Shown here piece after piece: positions 15,316 to 24,549 of a DNA stretch of 32,000 bases; the stretch's first letter is position 1, and every line of letters starts with the position of its first letter. The DNA is taken from NCBI RefSeq assembly GCF_005696695.1, contig NZ_CP040006.1, positions 1,860,001-1,892,000 on the forward strand, read 5' to 3'. Source of the DNA: Schaalia odontolytica (lineage in GTDB: Bacteria > Actinomycetota > Actinomycetes > Actinomycetales > Actinomycetaceae). Under the pieces are notes generated by a model. It was not told where the DNA came from. It ran no database searches and worked only from the letters and a program-made list of their open reading frames with translations. Position numbers and translations under genes: made by a program.

Positions 15316-16133
15316 TGGCTCTCCTTGGGTTTGCGCGCGACGATGGCGACGCCGCACAGGTGTCGATCATATTTCTTAAACGTGCGCGCCATTGTCGTGA
15401 CGCGTTCACGCAGGTCTTTGTCCCGCGCGACGTTGCGCATGATACGCAGCGCTCCGAGCACGCCCTCGTCGGCGATCATGCGGCCGGGCTTGAGGAGGGC
15501 CATCGGAGCCGTGCGTGTTTCCTCCACGACGAGGCCAACCTCTTCGAGCGCGCGCCTCCAGTCGGCGACCGTGAGGGGCCGGGCGTTGACATTGATGGCG
15601 CGTGCCAGCGCGCGGCGGATCTCGGTGGCGGGTTCTTCCGCGATGGAGTCGGGGCGCATCGCCAGCTCGTGGATGACGTACCGGCCGCCGGGGCGCAGGA
15701 TGCGCGCGGCCTCGCCCATGATGGCGCGTTTGGCTTTCTCTCCCTGCATGGAGAGCATAGCTTCGCCGACGACGACGTCCGCGCTCTCGTCCGGCAGGCC
15801 GGTCTCAGCGGCATCAGCATTCACGCAGCGCCCCACACCCGAGGCGATGGCATCCACGCGCGCGGAGGCGTTCGGATCGCGCTCCACGCCGACGTAGGAG
15901 GCGGGGCCTACCTCAATAATCGCCGAGGCCGTGACGCCCAGGCCGGGCGCGAACTCGACGACGTCCGAGCCGGGCAACACGGCACGCTTGAGCGCCCACG
16001 TACTGAGGGCGAGACCGCCGGGGCGCAGCACCGTCTTTCCGGCGCGCGCAAGGACCCAGTGGCCGGGCGCCTTCTCGACGGGCCGGTCGGCGAAGGGAAG
16101 GGTCTCCGCCAGCGATTCACTGTGAGTTGCCAT
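15312..16133 (-). CDS. Class I SAM-dependent methyltransferase
   Basis: Motif I context VVEFAPGLGVTA and post-I/II context ADVVVGEAML...ILRPGGRYVIHE. Codons between 16134 and 16181 are AT-rich (about 6 of 17 G/C at third positions), so I place the start at ATG 16133. TATACT ends 7 nt upstream of it, suggesting a leaderless transcript. Confidence 0.8.
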   Translation of the reverse strand: MATHSESLAETLPFADRPVEKAPGHWVLARAGKTVLRPGGLALSTWALKRAVLPGSDVVEFAPGLGVTASAIIEVGPASYVGVERDPNASARVDAIASGVGRCVNADAAETGLPDESADVVVGEAMLSMQGEKAKRAIMGEAARILRPGGRYVIHELAMRPDSIAEEPATEIRRALARAINVNARPLTVADWRRALEEVGLVVEETRTAPMALLKPGRMIADEGVLGALRIMRNVARDKDLRERVTTMARTFKKYDRHLCGVAIVARKPKESQ

Positions 16134-16213
16134 ATACGCAAGTATAGCGTTATCTATTTCTTCACGCAGGGCTATACCCACAGAAAATACGCCGACGGAG
16201 TCCCGATTCGCCT

Positions 16214-17887
16214 CTACAGGCCGATAATCTCGGCGAAAGCAGCCTTAATTGCGTCGAGGCGCTCGCGCGCCTGCTCCCAGGGCAGCGGCTCCCCCTCGGC
16301 GACCGGCAGGATCACCTCGAGGTAGCACTTGAGCTTTGGCTCGGTGCCCGAGGGGCGCGCGATGACGCGGTCCCCCGCCTCGGTGAGCACGAGGACGCCG
16401 TCCGTGGGCGGCAGGCCGCGGTATCCCTGCGACAGGTCCGAGACCTCGACGACGGGAGAGCCGGCCAGGACACTCGGCGGCTGGGCACGCAGGCGTGCCA
16501 TGCCGCTGGCGATCTGCTCGATCTGCTCGACGCGGAAGGTCAGCGGCGAGCTCACGTGTAGGCCGTGCAGTCGCGCCAGGCGCTCCAGCTCGTCCCACAC
16601 GCTGCGCCCCTGCGCCTTGAGGGCGGCCACCAGGGAGGCGGCGACGACCGAGGTCGCGATGCCGTCCTTGTCGCGCACGTGGCCCGGATCGGGGCAAAAG
16701 CCAATGGCCTCCTCATAGCCGAAGCCGAGGCCCGGGGCCCGGGCGATCCACTTGAAACCGGTGAGCGTCGTGTGGTGCTCCAGGCCGTGGGCACGGGCAA
16801 TACGCGAGAGCAGACGCGAAGACACAATCGAGTTCGCGAGCGACCCCGTCATGCCGCGCGAAGCCAGGAACTCGCCCAGCAGCGAGCCGATCTGGTCGCC
16901 GCTCAGCGGACTCCATCCCGTCTCCGAGGCGGGGTCAGGCACCGCGAGCGCGCAGCGGTCCGCGTCGGGGTCGACCGCGATGATGAGGTCGGCCCCCTGC
17001 TCGCGCGCCTGCTCGATCGCCATGTCGAGGGCGCCGGCCTCTTCGGGGTTGGGGAAGGGCACGGTCGGGAAGTCCGGATCGGGATCGGCCTGCGCCGCCA
17101 CGAGGGAGACGTTGGAGAAACCGGCCTCGGCCAGGACGCGCGAGGTGATCGCGGCGCCAACGCCGTGCATGGCGGTCAGGACGATGCGCAGGTCCTCACG
17201 GGCTGAGGCCTCGCCCGAGGCCAGGGCGGACGCGCAGGCCACGTATTCCTCACGCGGGTCCACGGCCTCGATAAGGTCGTCATTCATCGGGACCTCGTCC
17301 GCGGGCGGCGCGGCCTCGATGGCCGCCGCGATCTCCGCGTCGAAGGGCGGGACGATCTGGACACCGCGCCCGTCGCCCTGCGCGACGGTGCCACCCAGGT
17401 AGACCTTGTAGCCGTTGTCCGGGGCGGGGTTGTGGGAGGCGGTCACCATGACGCCCGCGTCCGCGTCGAAGTGCAGCATCGAGAAGGAGGTGAGCGGGGT
17501 CGGGTTGGCCTGGGGCAGCGCGAGGACGCGCACGCCGGCGGCCGAAGCGACGCGGCAGGCGGCCGTGGCGAATTCGGAGGACCCGTAGCGGGCGTCGCAG
17601 CCGACCACCAGCGTGGGGGTGCCGGTTGCGTGGCGCTTGACGACCTCGCACAGGCCTGCGGTCGCGCGGATGACGACCGCGAGGTTCATGCGGGACTCGC
17701 CCGGACCGACGACGCCTCGCAGGCCGGCGGTGCCGAACTGGAGGGGGCCGTTCATGGCCGCACCGACGCGGGCCGCAGCCTCCTCGTCGCCGCCCTGTGC
17801 GGCCTCGATGTCGGCGCTCAGGGCCGAGGCCGTGGCGGGGTCCGGGTCGTGGCTCGCCCACTGGCGGGCACGCTCGAGCAGCTCCAT
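16214..17887 (-). CDS. Phosphosugar mutase of the alpha-D-phosphohexomutase superfamily (PGM2/PgcA-like); predicted phosphopentomutase role from context
   Basis: LQFGTAGLRG, active-site loop TASHNPAPDNGYKVY, metal loop AVDPDADR, C-terminal RPSGTEPKLK. GGAGGA lies upstream of ATG 17887. It is the last catabolic gene after deoD-deoC. Confidence 0.85.
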   Translation of the reverse strand: MELLERARQWASHDPDPATASALSADIEAAQGGDEEAAARVGAAMNGPLQFGTAGLRGVVGPGESRMNLAVVIRATAGLCEVVKRHATGTPTLVVGCDARYGSSEFATAACRVASAAGVRVLALPQANPTPLTSFSMLHFDADAGVMVTASHNPAPDNGYKVYLGGTVAQGDGRGVQIVPPFDAEIAAAIEAAPPADEVPMNDDLIEAVDPREEYVACASALASGEASAREDLRIVLTAMHGVGAAITSRVLAEAGFSNVSLVAAQADPDPDFPTVPFPNPEEAGALDMAIEQAREQGADLIIAVDPDADRCALAVPDPASETGWSPLSGDQIGSLLGEFLASRGMTGSLANSIVSSRLLSRIARAHGLEHHTTLTGFKWIARAPGLGFGYEEAIGFCPDPGHVRDKDGIATSVVAASLVAALKAQGRSVWDELERLARLHGLHVSSPLTFRVEQIEQIASGMARLRAQPPSVLAGSPVVEVSDLSQGYRGLPPTDGVLVLTEAGDRVIARPSGTEPKLKCYLEVILPVAEGEPLPWEQARERLDAIKAAFAEIIGL

Positions 17888-17891
17888 CGTC

Positions 17892-18566
17892 TCAGTCCTC
17901 CAGTCCTGCCAGGATGGCGTTGGTTGCGGACACTCCCAGGCGGGAGGCTCCGGCCTCGATCATGGCCAGGGCGGTCTCGGCGTCGCGGATGCCACCCGAG
18001 GCCTTGACCCCCAGGGCGTCGCCGACCGTGGCGCGCATGAGCGCGACCGCGTGGGTCGAGGCGCCGCCCGCGGGGTGGAAGCCCGTCGAGGTCTTGACGA
18101 AATCCGCGCCCGCGGCCACCGAGGCGGTGCATGCGGCGACGATCTCGTCGTCCGTCAGCGCGGCGGACTCGATGATGACCTTCAGGATGCGAGGCGCGGG
18201 GACGGCGCGGCGCACGGCCGCGATCTCTTCCTCGAGCTCGCGGAGGCGCGCGTCCTTGATCAGCTCGATGTTGATGACCATGTCGATTTCGTCCGCGCCG
18301 TCGGCGACGGCCTGGGCGGCCTCGAAGGCCTTGACCTGGGGCTTGACCGCGCCCGAGGGGAAGCCGACCACGCAGGCGACCTTCAGGCCCTCGGGGACGT
18401 CGAGGGGCAGCATCGAGGGGGACACGCACACCGAGAAGGTGCCGGCTGCGGCGCCCTCCTCGACGATGCGGGCCACGTCCGCCTTGGTTGCCTCGGGCTT
18501 GAGGATCGTGTGGTCAATCATCGCGGCCACGTCACGCTTGTTCATGGAACTACTTTCTTGTCGCAT
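17892..18566 (-). CDS. deoC: Deoxyribose-phosphate aldolase
   Basis: [15 protein letters not shown], and the Schiff-base lysine context [11 protein letters not shown] 18566 overlaps the deoD stop (TGATG). GTG 18569 and ATG 18545 are alternative starts. Confidence 0.9.
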   Translation of the reverse strand: MRQESSSMNKRDVAAMIDHTILKPEATKADVARIVEEGAAAGTFSVCVSPSMLPLDVPEGLKVACVVGFPSGAVKPQVKAFEAAQAVADGADEIDMVINIELIKDARLRELEEEIAAVRRAVPAPRILKVIIESAALTDDEIVAACTASVAAGADFVKTSTGFHPAGGASTHAVALMRATVGDALGVKASGGIRDAETALAMIEAGASRLGVSATNAILAGLED

Positions 18567-19273
18567 CACAGCTGGGCCAGGGGCAGGGCCAGCTCCATCA
18601 TGGTGGTAAAGGACGTCTGACGCGCCTGGGCATCGGTGGCCTCGCCCGTCACCAGGGAGTCCGAGACGGTGAAGATACCCACGGCCTCGACGCCCGCGTG
18701 GGCGGCGGTGGCGTACAGGCCCGCGGACTCCATCTCGATCGCGAGAACGCCCATGCGCTGCCAGGCCTCGTTGAAGGTCGGGTTCGCGTTGTAGAACGTG
18801 TCAGAGGAGAGGATGTTGCCCACGTGGATCGGCACGTCGGCCTCACGGGCACGACGCACCACGTCCTCGATGAGGCGGAAGGAGCCGATCGGCGCGTAGG
18901 AACCGGGGATCTGGTACTGATCCAGGAACGCCGAGTTCGAGCAGGCGGCCTGGGCGACCACCACGTCGTACAGGTTGACGTCCGGCTGCAGGGCACCGCA
19001 TGTGCCCACGCGCACGAGGCGCGTGCAGCCGAACTCGTGGATCAGCTCGTGGGCGTACAGCGAAATCGACGGGATGCCCATACCCGAGCCCATGACGGAC
19101 ACCGGGGTGCCGCGGTACGTGCCGGTGTAGCCCAGCATGTTACGCACGGCGTTGAACTGCTGCGCGTCCTCCAGGTAGGTCTCGGCAATAAACTTCGCGC
19201 GCAGCGGGTCTCCGGGCAGGAGGATCGTCGGCGCGATGGGGGCGGTGGGGTTGATGTGCGGTGTCGAGCGCAT
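18566..19273 (-). CDS. deoD: Purine nucleoside phosphorylase, DeoD type
   Basis: 235 aa: [61 protein letters not shown] lies upstream of ATG 19273. Confidence 0.9.
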   Translation of the reverse strand: MRSTPHINPTAPIAPTILLPGDPLRAKFIAETYLEDAQQFNAVRNMLGYTGTYRGTPVSVMGSGMGIPSISLYAHELIHEFGCTRLVRVGTCGALQPDVNLYDVVVAQAACSNSAFLDQYQIPGSYAPIGSFRLIEDVVRRAREADVPIHVGNILSSDTFYNANPTFNEAWQRMGVLAIEMESAGLYATAAHAGVEAVGIFTVSDSLVTGEATDAQARQTSFTTMMELALPLAQL

Positions 19274-19334
19274 GTGTCCTCCTGTGGTGTCGAGGAGCCC
19301 GGGGCTCCGTCGAGGCTTCTTTACCCTTGTCGCA

Positions 19335-19364
19335 AGGCTATGCCGTGCAATTGAAATGTGTCAA
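19335..19364 (-). promoter_or_regulatory. Predicted deoD-deoC-pgm promoter (-35 TTGACA, 18-nt spacer, -10 TAGCCT on the minus strand)
   Basis: Minus-strand reading gives TTGACA (19364-19359), an 18-nt spacer, then TAGCCT (19340-19335), about 60 nt upstream of the deoD ATG. The hexamers are read by eye only. Confidence 0.4.
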
Positions 19365-19383
19365 CGAGTGGTTTGACAAATGT
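19354..19383. promoter_or_regulatory. 30-bp AT-rich imperfect palindrome overlapping the -35 box; candidate DeoR (SorC-type) operator
   Basis: On the minus strand ACATTTGTCAA-ACCACTCG-TTGACACATTT, with 9 of 11 arm positions symmetric. It lies immediately downstream of the deoR stop (19386). Confidence 0.4.
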
Positions 19384-19385
19384 TC

Positions 19386-20369
19386 TCATCCGCTTGGGGT
19401 GCGATCATGCACCCCGCGCGGGGTTGCCCCGCGCGGCCGTTCCAGCAGCGCGAGGGCCAGGTCCTGGTCGACCACCAGGTGCGTGGCCAACCCCATGTGC
19501 AGCGCCGTGTCCAGCGCCTCCGCTTTCACACGCCCGCCGGCAACGAGCACCCGCACAGGGCGAGAGCGCAGCTCCTCGAGCGTGATGCCAACCGTCCTGC
19601 GGTCGACCGATGCCAGGGCGACGCCGCCCTCGCGCGTGAAAAATCGCGAACACGCGTCCCCGACCGCGTCGCGCAGGAGCGCCTCCACCTCGTCGTCCTC
19701 GAGCTGGCCAAGGTTGAGCGAGAGGGCCTCGCGACCCAGGGAACCGACGGTAAACACCGCCACGTCCACGCCGCGCCCCTCCTCCAGGATCCGCTCGATC
19801 GACCGGTCACGGCGCACGATCGAGAGCATCGCGGTGTCCTGGAAAATGACGGGGAGCGGCAGGTAGCGCGGCTCAGCACCGAAGGCCTCGCAGAAGGACC
19901 GCATGATCTCAAAATCGTGCGTCGCCCTCTCGGAAAACGACGCCCCGCCCTTGAGCTGGACGACGCGCACACCCACGCGAGGAGCGCGGGCCAGGTGGGC
20001 CGCGAGCGCACTCATCGTGCGCCCCCAAGAAATCCCCACGCTCATACCGTCGCGCACGAGCTGGGTGACAACATCGGCACCGACGCGGCCGACCTGCTCA
20101 ATGGCTTCGTCCTCAGTCGCGCCCGCGCCATGGGCAACGCGAGCGCAGGCCAGTCCAAAGCGCCTCTCCAGCCGCAGCGCAATCTCCGAGGCATCCTCGC
20201 GCGGATCGTGGATCTCGATGGTCACGAAGCCGCGCTCGCGGCCATGAGCGAGGAGTTTGGCAACCGTGGGGCGCGACAGGCCCATGCGGGTGGCGACCTC
20301 GGCCTGGCTGAGGCCCTGCTGGTAGTAGAGCTTGACCGCCTCGATCGACTGTTCGTCGCGCCGTTCCAC
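19386..20369 (-). CDS. deoR: SorC-family deoxyribonucleoside regulator (Bacillus DeoR type)
   Basis: N-terminal HTH (AVKLYYQQGLSQAEVATRMGLSRPTVAKLL) plus a sugar-phosphate-binding SorC domain (GISWGRTM, VVQLKGG, PRYLPLPVIF, AVFTVGS, GDACSRFF, VLVAGG). It is collinear with B. subtilis DeoR as I recall it. GTG start after GGAGGAGG. Confidence 0.85.
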   Translation of the reverse strand: MERRDEQSIEAVKLYYQQGLSQAEVATRMGLSRPTVAKLLAHGRERGFVTIEIHDPREDASEIALRLERRFGLACARVAHGAGATEDEAIEQVGRVGADVVTQLVRDGMSVGISWGRTMSALAAHLARAPRVGVRVVQLKGGASFSERATHDFEIMRSFCEAFGAEPRYLPLPVIFQDTAMLSIVRRDRSIERILEEGRGVDVAVFTVGSLGREALSLNLGQLEDDEVEALLRDAVGDACSRFFTREGGVALASVDRRTVGITLEELRSRPVRVLVAGGRVKAEALDTALHMGLATHLVVDQDLALALLERPRGATPRGVHDRTPSG

Positions 20370-20405
20370 GATTCCTCCTCCCTGTTCGCTCGCGCCTCGC
20401 CGGCT

Positions 20406-21692
20406 TTAGGACACCGTCTCCAGGACGACGCTGCGCGGCTCGAGGGCGACCCCGTCGGCGATCTCGATGGCACCGGAGAGGGACTCCAGGGCGCGCTCGA
20501 TGCGCCACTCGTCGTCGGTGTGGAGCGTGAGCAGGGGTTGGCCCGCCGCGACGCGCTCGCCCGGCTTTGCATGAATCTCGATGCCGGCGCCCGCCTGCAC
20601 GGGATCCTCCTTGACGGCGCGGCCAGCGCCCAGCCTCCACGAGGCCACGCCCACGGACAGGGCGTCCATGCCGACCACGGTTCCCCCGGCCTCGGCGAGG
20701 ACCTGGTGGGTGTGAGCGGCGCGGGGCAGCGGTGCATCCGGGTCTCCGCCCTGCTCGCGGATCATCGCGCGCCAGCGGTCCATCGCGCGCCCATCCGCCA
20801 GCGCGGCCTCCACGTCGGCATCGCGGACCCCCGCGAGGTCGAGCATGTTGCGCGCGAGCTCGCACGTCAGCTCGACGACGTCGGAGGGGCCGCCGCCGGC
20901 GAGGACCTCGACGGATTCCTCCACTTCGAGGGCGTTGCCGATCTTGCGCCCCAGCGGCACGGACATGTCTGTGAGGAGGGCGCGCGTGGCGACCCCCGCG
21001 TCGCGTCCGAGGTCGACCATCGTGCGGGCGAGCTCGCGCGCAGCATCCAGGTCCTTCATGAAGGCACCCGACCCGACCTTGACGTCTAGGACGAGGGCTC
21101 CCGTGCCCTCTGCGATCTTCTTGCTCATGATGGAACTGGCGATCAGCGCGATCGACTCGACGGTCGAGGTGATGTCGCGCAGGGCGTAGAGCTTCTTGTC
21201 CGCGGGCGCCAGGCCCGAGCCCGCCGCGCAGATGACCGCGCCACAGCCCTGCCCCAGCTGAGTCATGATCTCGTCGTTACTCAGCTGCGCGCGCCACCCG
21301 GGGATCGCCTCGAGCTTATCGAGGGTACCGCCCGTGTGCCCCAGGCCTCGGCCCGACAGCTGCGGGACGGCCACGCCGAAGCACGCGACCAGCGGGGCCA
21401 GGGGCAGCGTGATCTTGTCACCCACGCCGCCCGTGGAGTGCTTGTCGGCGGTCGGCTTGCCGATACCGGAGAAGTCCATGCGCGCGCCCGAGCGGATCAT
21501 CGCGTCCGTCCAGCGGGCGATCTCGCCCCGATCCATGCCGCGCAGGAAGATCGCCATCGCCAGGGCGGCCATCTGCTCGTCCTTGATGACGCCCTTCGTG
21601 TAGGCGTCGATCGTCCAGTCGATCTGGTCGGGGGTGAGCACTCCCCCGTCGCGCTTGACGCGGATGATGTCAACGGCATCAAAGAGAGCCAT
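20406..21692 (-). CDS. deoA: Thymidine/pyrimidine-nucleoside phosphorylase
   Basis: IIRVKRDGG, MAALAMAIFLRGM, DKHSTGGVGDK, SGRGLGHTGGTLDKLE, LYALRDITSTV. GAAGGA lies upstream of ATG 21692. Confidence 0.9.
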   Translation of the reverse strand: MALFDAVDIIRVKRDGGVLTPDQIDWTIDAYTKGVIKDEQMAALAMAIFLRGMDRGEIARWTDAMIRSGARMDFSGIGKPTADKHSTGGVGDKITLPLAPLVACFGVAVPQLSGRGLGHTGGTLDKLEAIPGWRAQLSNDEIMTQLGQGCGAVICAAGSGLAPADKKLYALRDITSTVESIALIASSIMSKKIAEGTGALVLDVKVGSGAFMKDLDAARELARTMVDLGRDAGVATRALLTDMSVPLGRKIGNALEVEESVEVLAGGGPSDVVELTCELARNMLDLAGVRDADVEAALADGRAMDRWRAMIREQGGDPDAPLPRAAHTHQVLAEAGGTVVGMDALSVGVASWRLGAGRAVKEDPVQAGAGIEIHAKPGERVAAGQPLLTLHTDDEWRIERALESLSGAIEIADGVALEPRSVVLETVS

Positions 21693-22146
21693 CGTGTCCT
21701 TCTTTCTCTTCCGATGAGGCCGGGGCCGCCTGGGCGACGCTCGACAGATCGTGGGGTCCGAACGCGCCGGGCAGCACCTCCGTCATGGGTGCGACACCAT
21801 CGGGCATGAGGACCAGGCAGGAGGGCCCGCCATGCTCGTAGATAAGCTGGCGGCAGCGCCCGCACGGGGCCACCGGCTCCTCGTTGCCGTTGACGGCGAC
21901 GACCGCGACGAGGGTGCCTCCGCCGGAGCGGATGAGGTCGGAGACCATGCCGCACTCGGCGCACAGAGTGACGCCGTATCCGGCGTTTTCGACGTTGCAT
22001 CCGCTAACGAGCCAGCCGTCCGCCGTCAGTCCCGCGGCCCCCACGGGGAAGTTCGAGTAGGGGCAGTACGCGTGCTTCATCGCGTCGATGGCCTCGGCCA
22101 GCAGGGCGTCCCAGTCAATATCTGTTGGATCCATGCGGGTTCTCAC
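21679..22146 (-). CDS. cdd: Cytidine deaminase
   Basis: Zn-ligand motifs CAECG and PCGRCRQ, with CPYSNFPVGAA upstream. The 3' end overlaps deoA by 14 nt. GTG 22146 overlaps the permease stop (GTGA); ATG 22134 is an alternative start. Confidence 0.85.
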   Translation of the reverse strand: MRTRMDPTDIDWDALLAEAIDAMKHAYCPYSNFPVGAAGLTADGWLVSGCNVENAGYGVTLCAECGMVSDLIRSGGGTLVAVVAVNGNEEPVAPCGRCRQLIYEHGGPSCLVLMPDGVAPMTEVLPGAFGPHDLSSVAQAAPASSEEKEGHDGSL

Positions 22147-23423
22147 TTCACGTAGGGAATATTTTCAGCGGCCGGCGCGCGCGACTTACCAACGAATCCA
22201 GCGACGGCCACGATCGTGACCACGTAGGGAATCATCGAGACGAGGTCGGCGGGGATCGCGGGCTCGATGTTGGGCAGCATCCGGGCCAGGGCCTGCGCGA
22301 AGCCGAACATGACGGCCGCACCCATGGCTCCCAGCGGGTTCCACTTGCCCAGGATCATGGCGGCCAAGGCGATGTAGCCGTTGCCCGCGGAAATGTTGTC
22401 CGTGAAGGCCAGGCCGGAGCCGATCGTGAAGAACGCGCCACCCAGGCCGGCGAAGGACGACCCCAGGATCGTGTTGAGGGTGCGCGTACACCCCACGTTG
22501 ATGCCCACCGTGTCGGCGGCGCGCGGGTGCTCACCGCAGGCCCGCAGCCGCAGGCCCCACCGGGAGCGGAACAGGAAGAAGGCCAAGGCGATGACGGCCG
22601 CGTACATGAGGTACACGAGGATCGACTGGTTGAACAGGACCGGACCGACGATCGGGATCTCCGACAGGACGGGAATCTTGATGTCGGACAGCGAGAACTG
22701 GTTGGTGTTCAGGCTTCCGGGAGCATCCTTCATGATCGTGCCGTAGAAGAACGTCGTCAGGCCCAGGGCCAGGACGTTCAGGACGACGCCGACGATGATC
22801 TGATCCACCCCGTATTTGACGGAGAAGAGGGCCAGGAGGGATCCCAGGAGGGCACCCGCAAGGGGAGCCGCGACGAGGCCTGCGTAGGGAGTCTGGAAGT
22901 ACGAGGCCGCCATGACGCCCGCGAACGCGCCCACCAGGAGGTCACCCTCAATCGCGATATTAACGACGCCCACGCGCTCCGAGATAACACCCGAGAGGGA
23001 GCCGAAGATGAGCGGCGTCGAGATCGCCACGGTGGACACCAGGGTCGAGGTCAGCGTGACGACGCCCGACGACCCGGAGCCCGCGTAGAACAGGAAGCCC
23101 AGGATCGTGGACAGCCCGACAACCGCCATGCCACCGACGCGTGCCCACTCGGGCTGGGTGATGCGCCGCAGCGTCGCCGCAACCGTCCAGGCGGTGATCG
23201 CAATCGTCAGGGCGGCGAGCACCCACACGATGGGAGCGCCCGCGATGACGATGTCTGGAATCGAGTAGGACTGCGACTTGTCGTTCAGGCGCAGCGTCAT
23301 GTCGCCTCGGGCGGCGGCCGCGAATACCACGAGCAGCACGCAGGCGGCGACGTAGATGCCGGGAAGCTTCCAGGAGCGCTTGGCCTCGACCTGAGCGACC
23401 ACGCCGGACTCACTTGTGCTCAT
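22143..23423 (-). CDS. ABC transporter permease (nucleoside/simple-sugar type; NupQ-like position)
   Basis: Polytopic membrane protein of the BPD_transp_2 type. ATG 23423 follows AAAGGGGA and overlaps the upstream gene by 14 nt. The track start at 23465 would give a 56-nt overlap. Confidence 0.85.
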   Translation of the reverse strand: MSTSESGVVAQVEAKRSWKLPGIYVAACVLLVVFAAAARGDMTLRLNDKSQSYSIPDIVIAGAPIVWVLAALTIAITAWTVAATLRRITQPEWARVGGMAVVGLSTILGFLFYAGSGSSGVVTLTSTLVSTVAISTPLIFGSLSGVISERVGVVNIAIEGDLLVGAFAGVMAASYFQTPYAGLVAAPLAGALLGSLLALFSVKYGVDQIIVGVVLNVLALGLTTFFYGTIMKDAPGSLNTNQFSLSDIKIPVLSEIPIVGPVLFNQSILVYLMYAAVIALAFFLFRSRWGLRLRACGEHPRAADTVGINVGCTRTLNTILGSSFAGLGGAFFTIGSGLAFTDNISAGNGYIALAAMILGKWNPLGAMGAAVMFGFAQALARMLPNIEPAIPADLVSMIPYVVTIVAVAGFVGKSRAPAAENIPYVK

Positions 23424-24549
23424 CGGCGTTCCCCTTTCGCGTGTTAGCCGCGAGCGCGCGGACATCGGGCAGACGGAACAGCCAGCGCACGAGCGCGGGC
23501 GCTGCGATCAGCAGAACAATGACCGACTGCAGGATGAGGATCATGTCGATCGGCACGCCCTTGGCCTGCATCGTGTAACCGCCCGCCTTGAAGGCGCCGA
23601 AGAGGAGCCCCGCGCCGAAGGTTCCCCAGGTCTTGTTGCGGCCCAGGAGGGCCACCGTGATCGCGTCGAAGCCGATCGAACCGGCCACGTCACGCGAGAC
23701 GTACCCGATGGTCCCCAACGCCTCGTTCGCCCCGGCCAGGCCGAGGAACGCGCCCGAGAGAACCATCGTGATCGCCGTGATGCGCTCGACCGAGATACCG
23801 GCCGTGCGGGCGGCTGCCGCGTTGGCACCAACCGCGCGGATCTGGAATCCCAGCGTGGATCGCTCGATCAACCACCAGAAGGCGACGAGGGCGACCAGGG
23901 CAACCAGGAACCCTACATGCAGCTTGAAGGGGGCGGGCAGGAGCCGCGCGAAAGCTGCGCTCTCCGCAACCTTGGGTGTCACCGGCTGATTCGTTCCGGG
24001 CACCTGCCATGCCTTCTGCGCGAGCGTGTATCCCAAGCCCAGCGTCGCAATCGAGTTGAGCATGATCGTCACGATCACCTCGTTCGCGCCCGTCTTCGCC
24101 TTGAGGACGCCAGCGATGCCGCCGTAGAGGCCGCCCGCAATCACCGCGACGAGGAGGGCCACCAGCGTGTGCACAACCGGAGGCAGGCTCACAGCGAAGC
24201 CCACCCACACGGCAGCGAGCGCTCCGACGATGATCTGGCCCTTGCCGCCAATGTTGAACAGGCCGGCACGGAAGCCGAGCGCCAGACCCAGGCCCGAGAT
24301 GATCAGCGGAATCGAATAGAAGAGAGAGTCCGTCAGCGGCTTGATCATGCGAACAGCGTTCGCCGCGTTCGGATCCACGATGGAGCCGCGGAACATCGCA
24401 TAGTAGGCGTCCAGCACGGACGCCCCCGACAGCGCGATGAGGATCGCGCCGATCGCGAAGGCGATGAGGACGGCCAGCACCGATACGAACCACTGGGAGC
24501 CAAAGACCCGGGTCGCAATCCCCGGCCCGTTACTCTTACGCGTGCTCAT
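23410..24549 (-). CDS. ABC transporter permease (NupP-like position)
   Basis: 379-aa polytopic membrane protein. The start overlaps the ATPase stop as ATGA. Confidence 0.85.
   Translation of the reverse strand: MSTRKSNGPGIATRVFGSQWFVSVLAVLIAFAIGAILIALSGASVLDAYYAMFRGSIVDPNAANAVRMIKPLTDSLFYSIPLIISGLGLALGFRAGLFNIGGKGQIIVGALAAVWVGFAVSLPPVVHTLVALLVAVIAGGLYGGIAGVLKAKTGANEVIVTIMLNSIATLGLGYTLAQKAWQVPGTNQPVTPKVAESAAFARLLPAPFKLHVGFLVALVALVAFWWLIERSTLGFQIRAVGANAAAARTAGISVERITAITMVLSGAFLGLAGANEALGTIGYVSRDVAGSIGFDAITVALLGRNKTWGTFGAGLLFGAFKAGGYTMQAKGVPIDMILILQSVIVLLIAAPALVRWLFRLPDVRALAANTRKGNADEHK

Noticed and set aside
11198-19383. Idea that the nrtR-region boxes and the deoD-promoter palindrome are sites for one regulator, since all contain A/T-flanked TGTCA
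   Set aside because: Arm spacing differs: TGTCA-N3/N5-(T)GAC(A) with GT-N7-AC in the nrtR region, against TGTCAA-N8-TTGACA with no GT-N7-AC register at deoD. Each site also sits next to its own family-appropriate regulator gene. The shared TGTCA is most simply coincidence.
19380-21089. 569-aa + strand ORF across deoR and deoA
   Set aside because: It is an antisense artefact. The minus strand holds two complete, recognisable genes with SDs.
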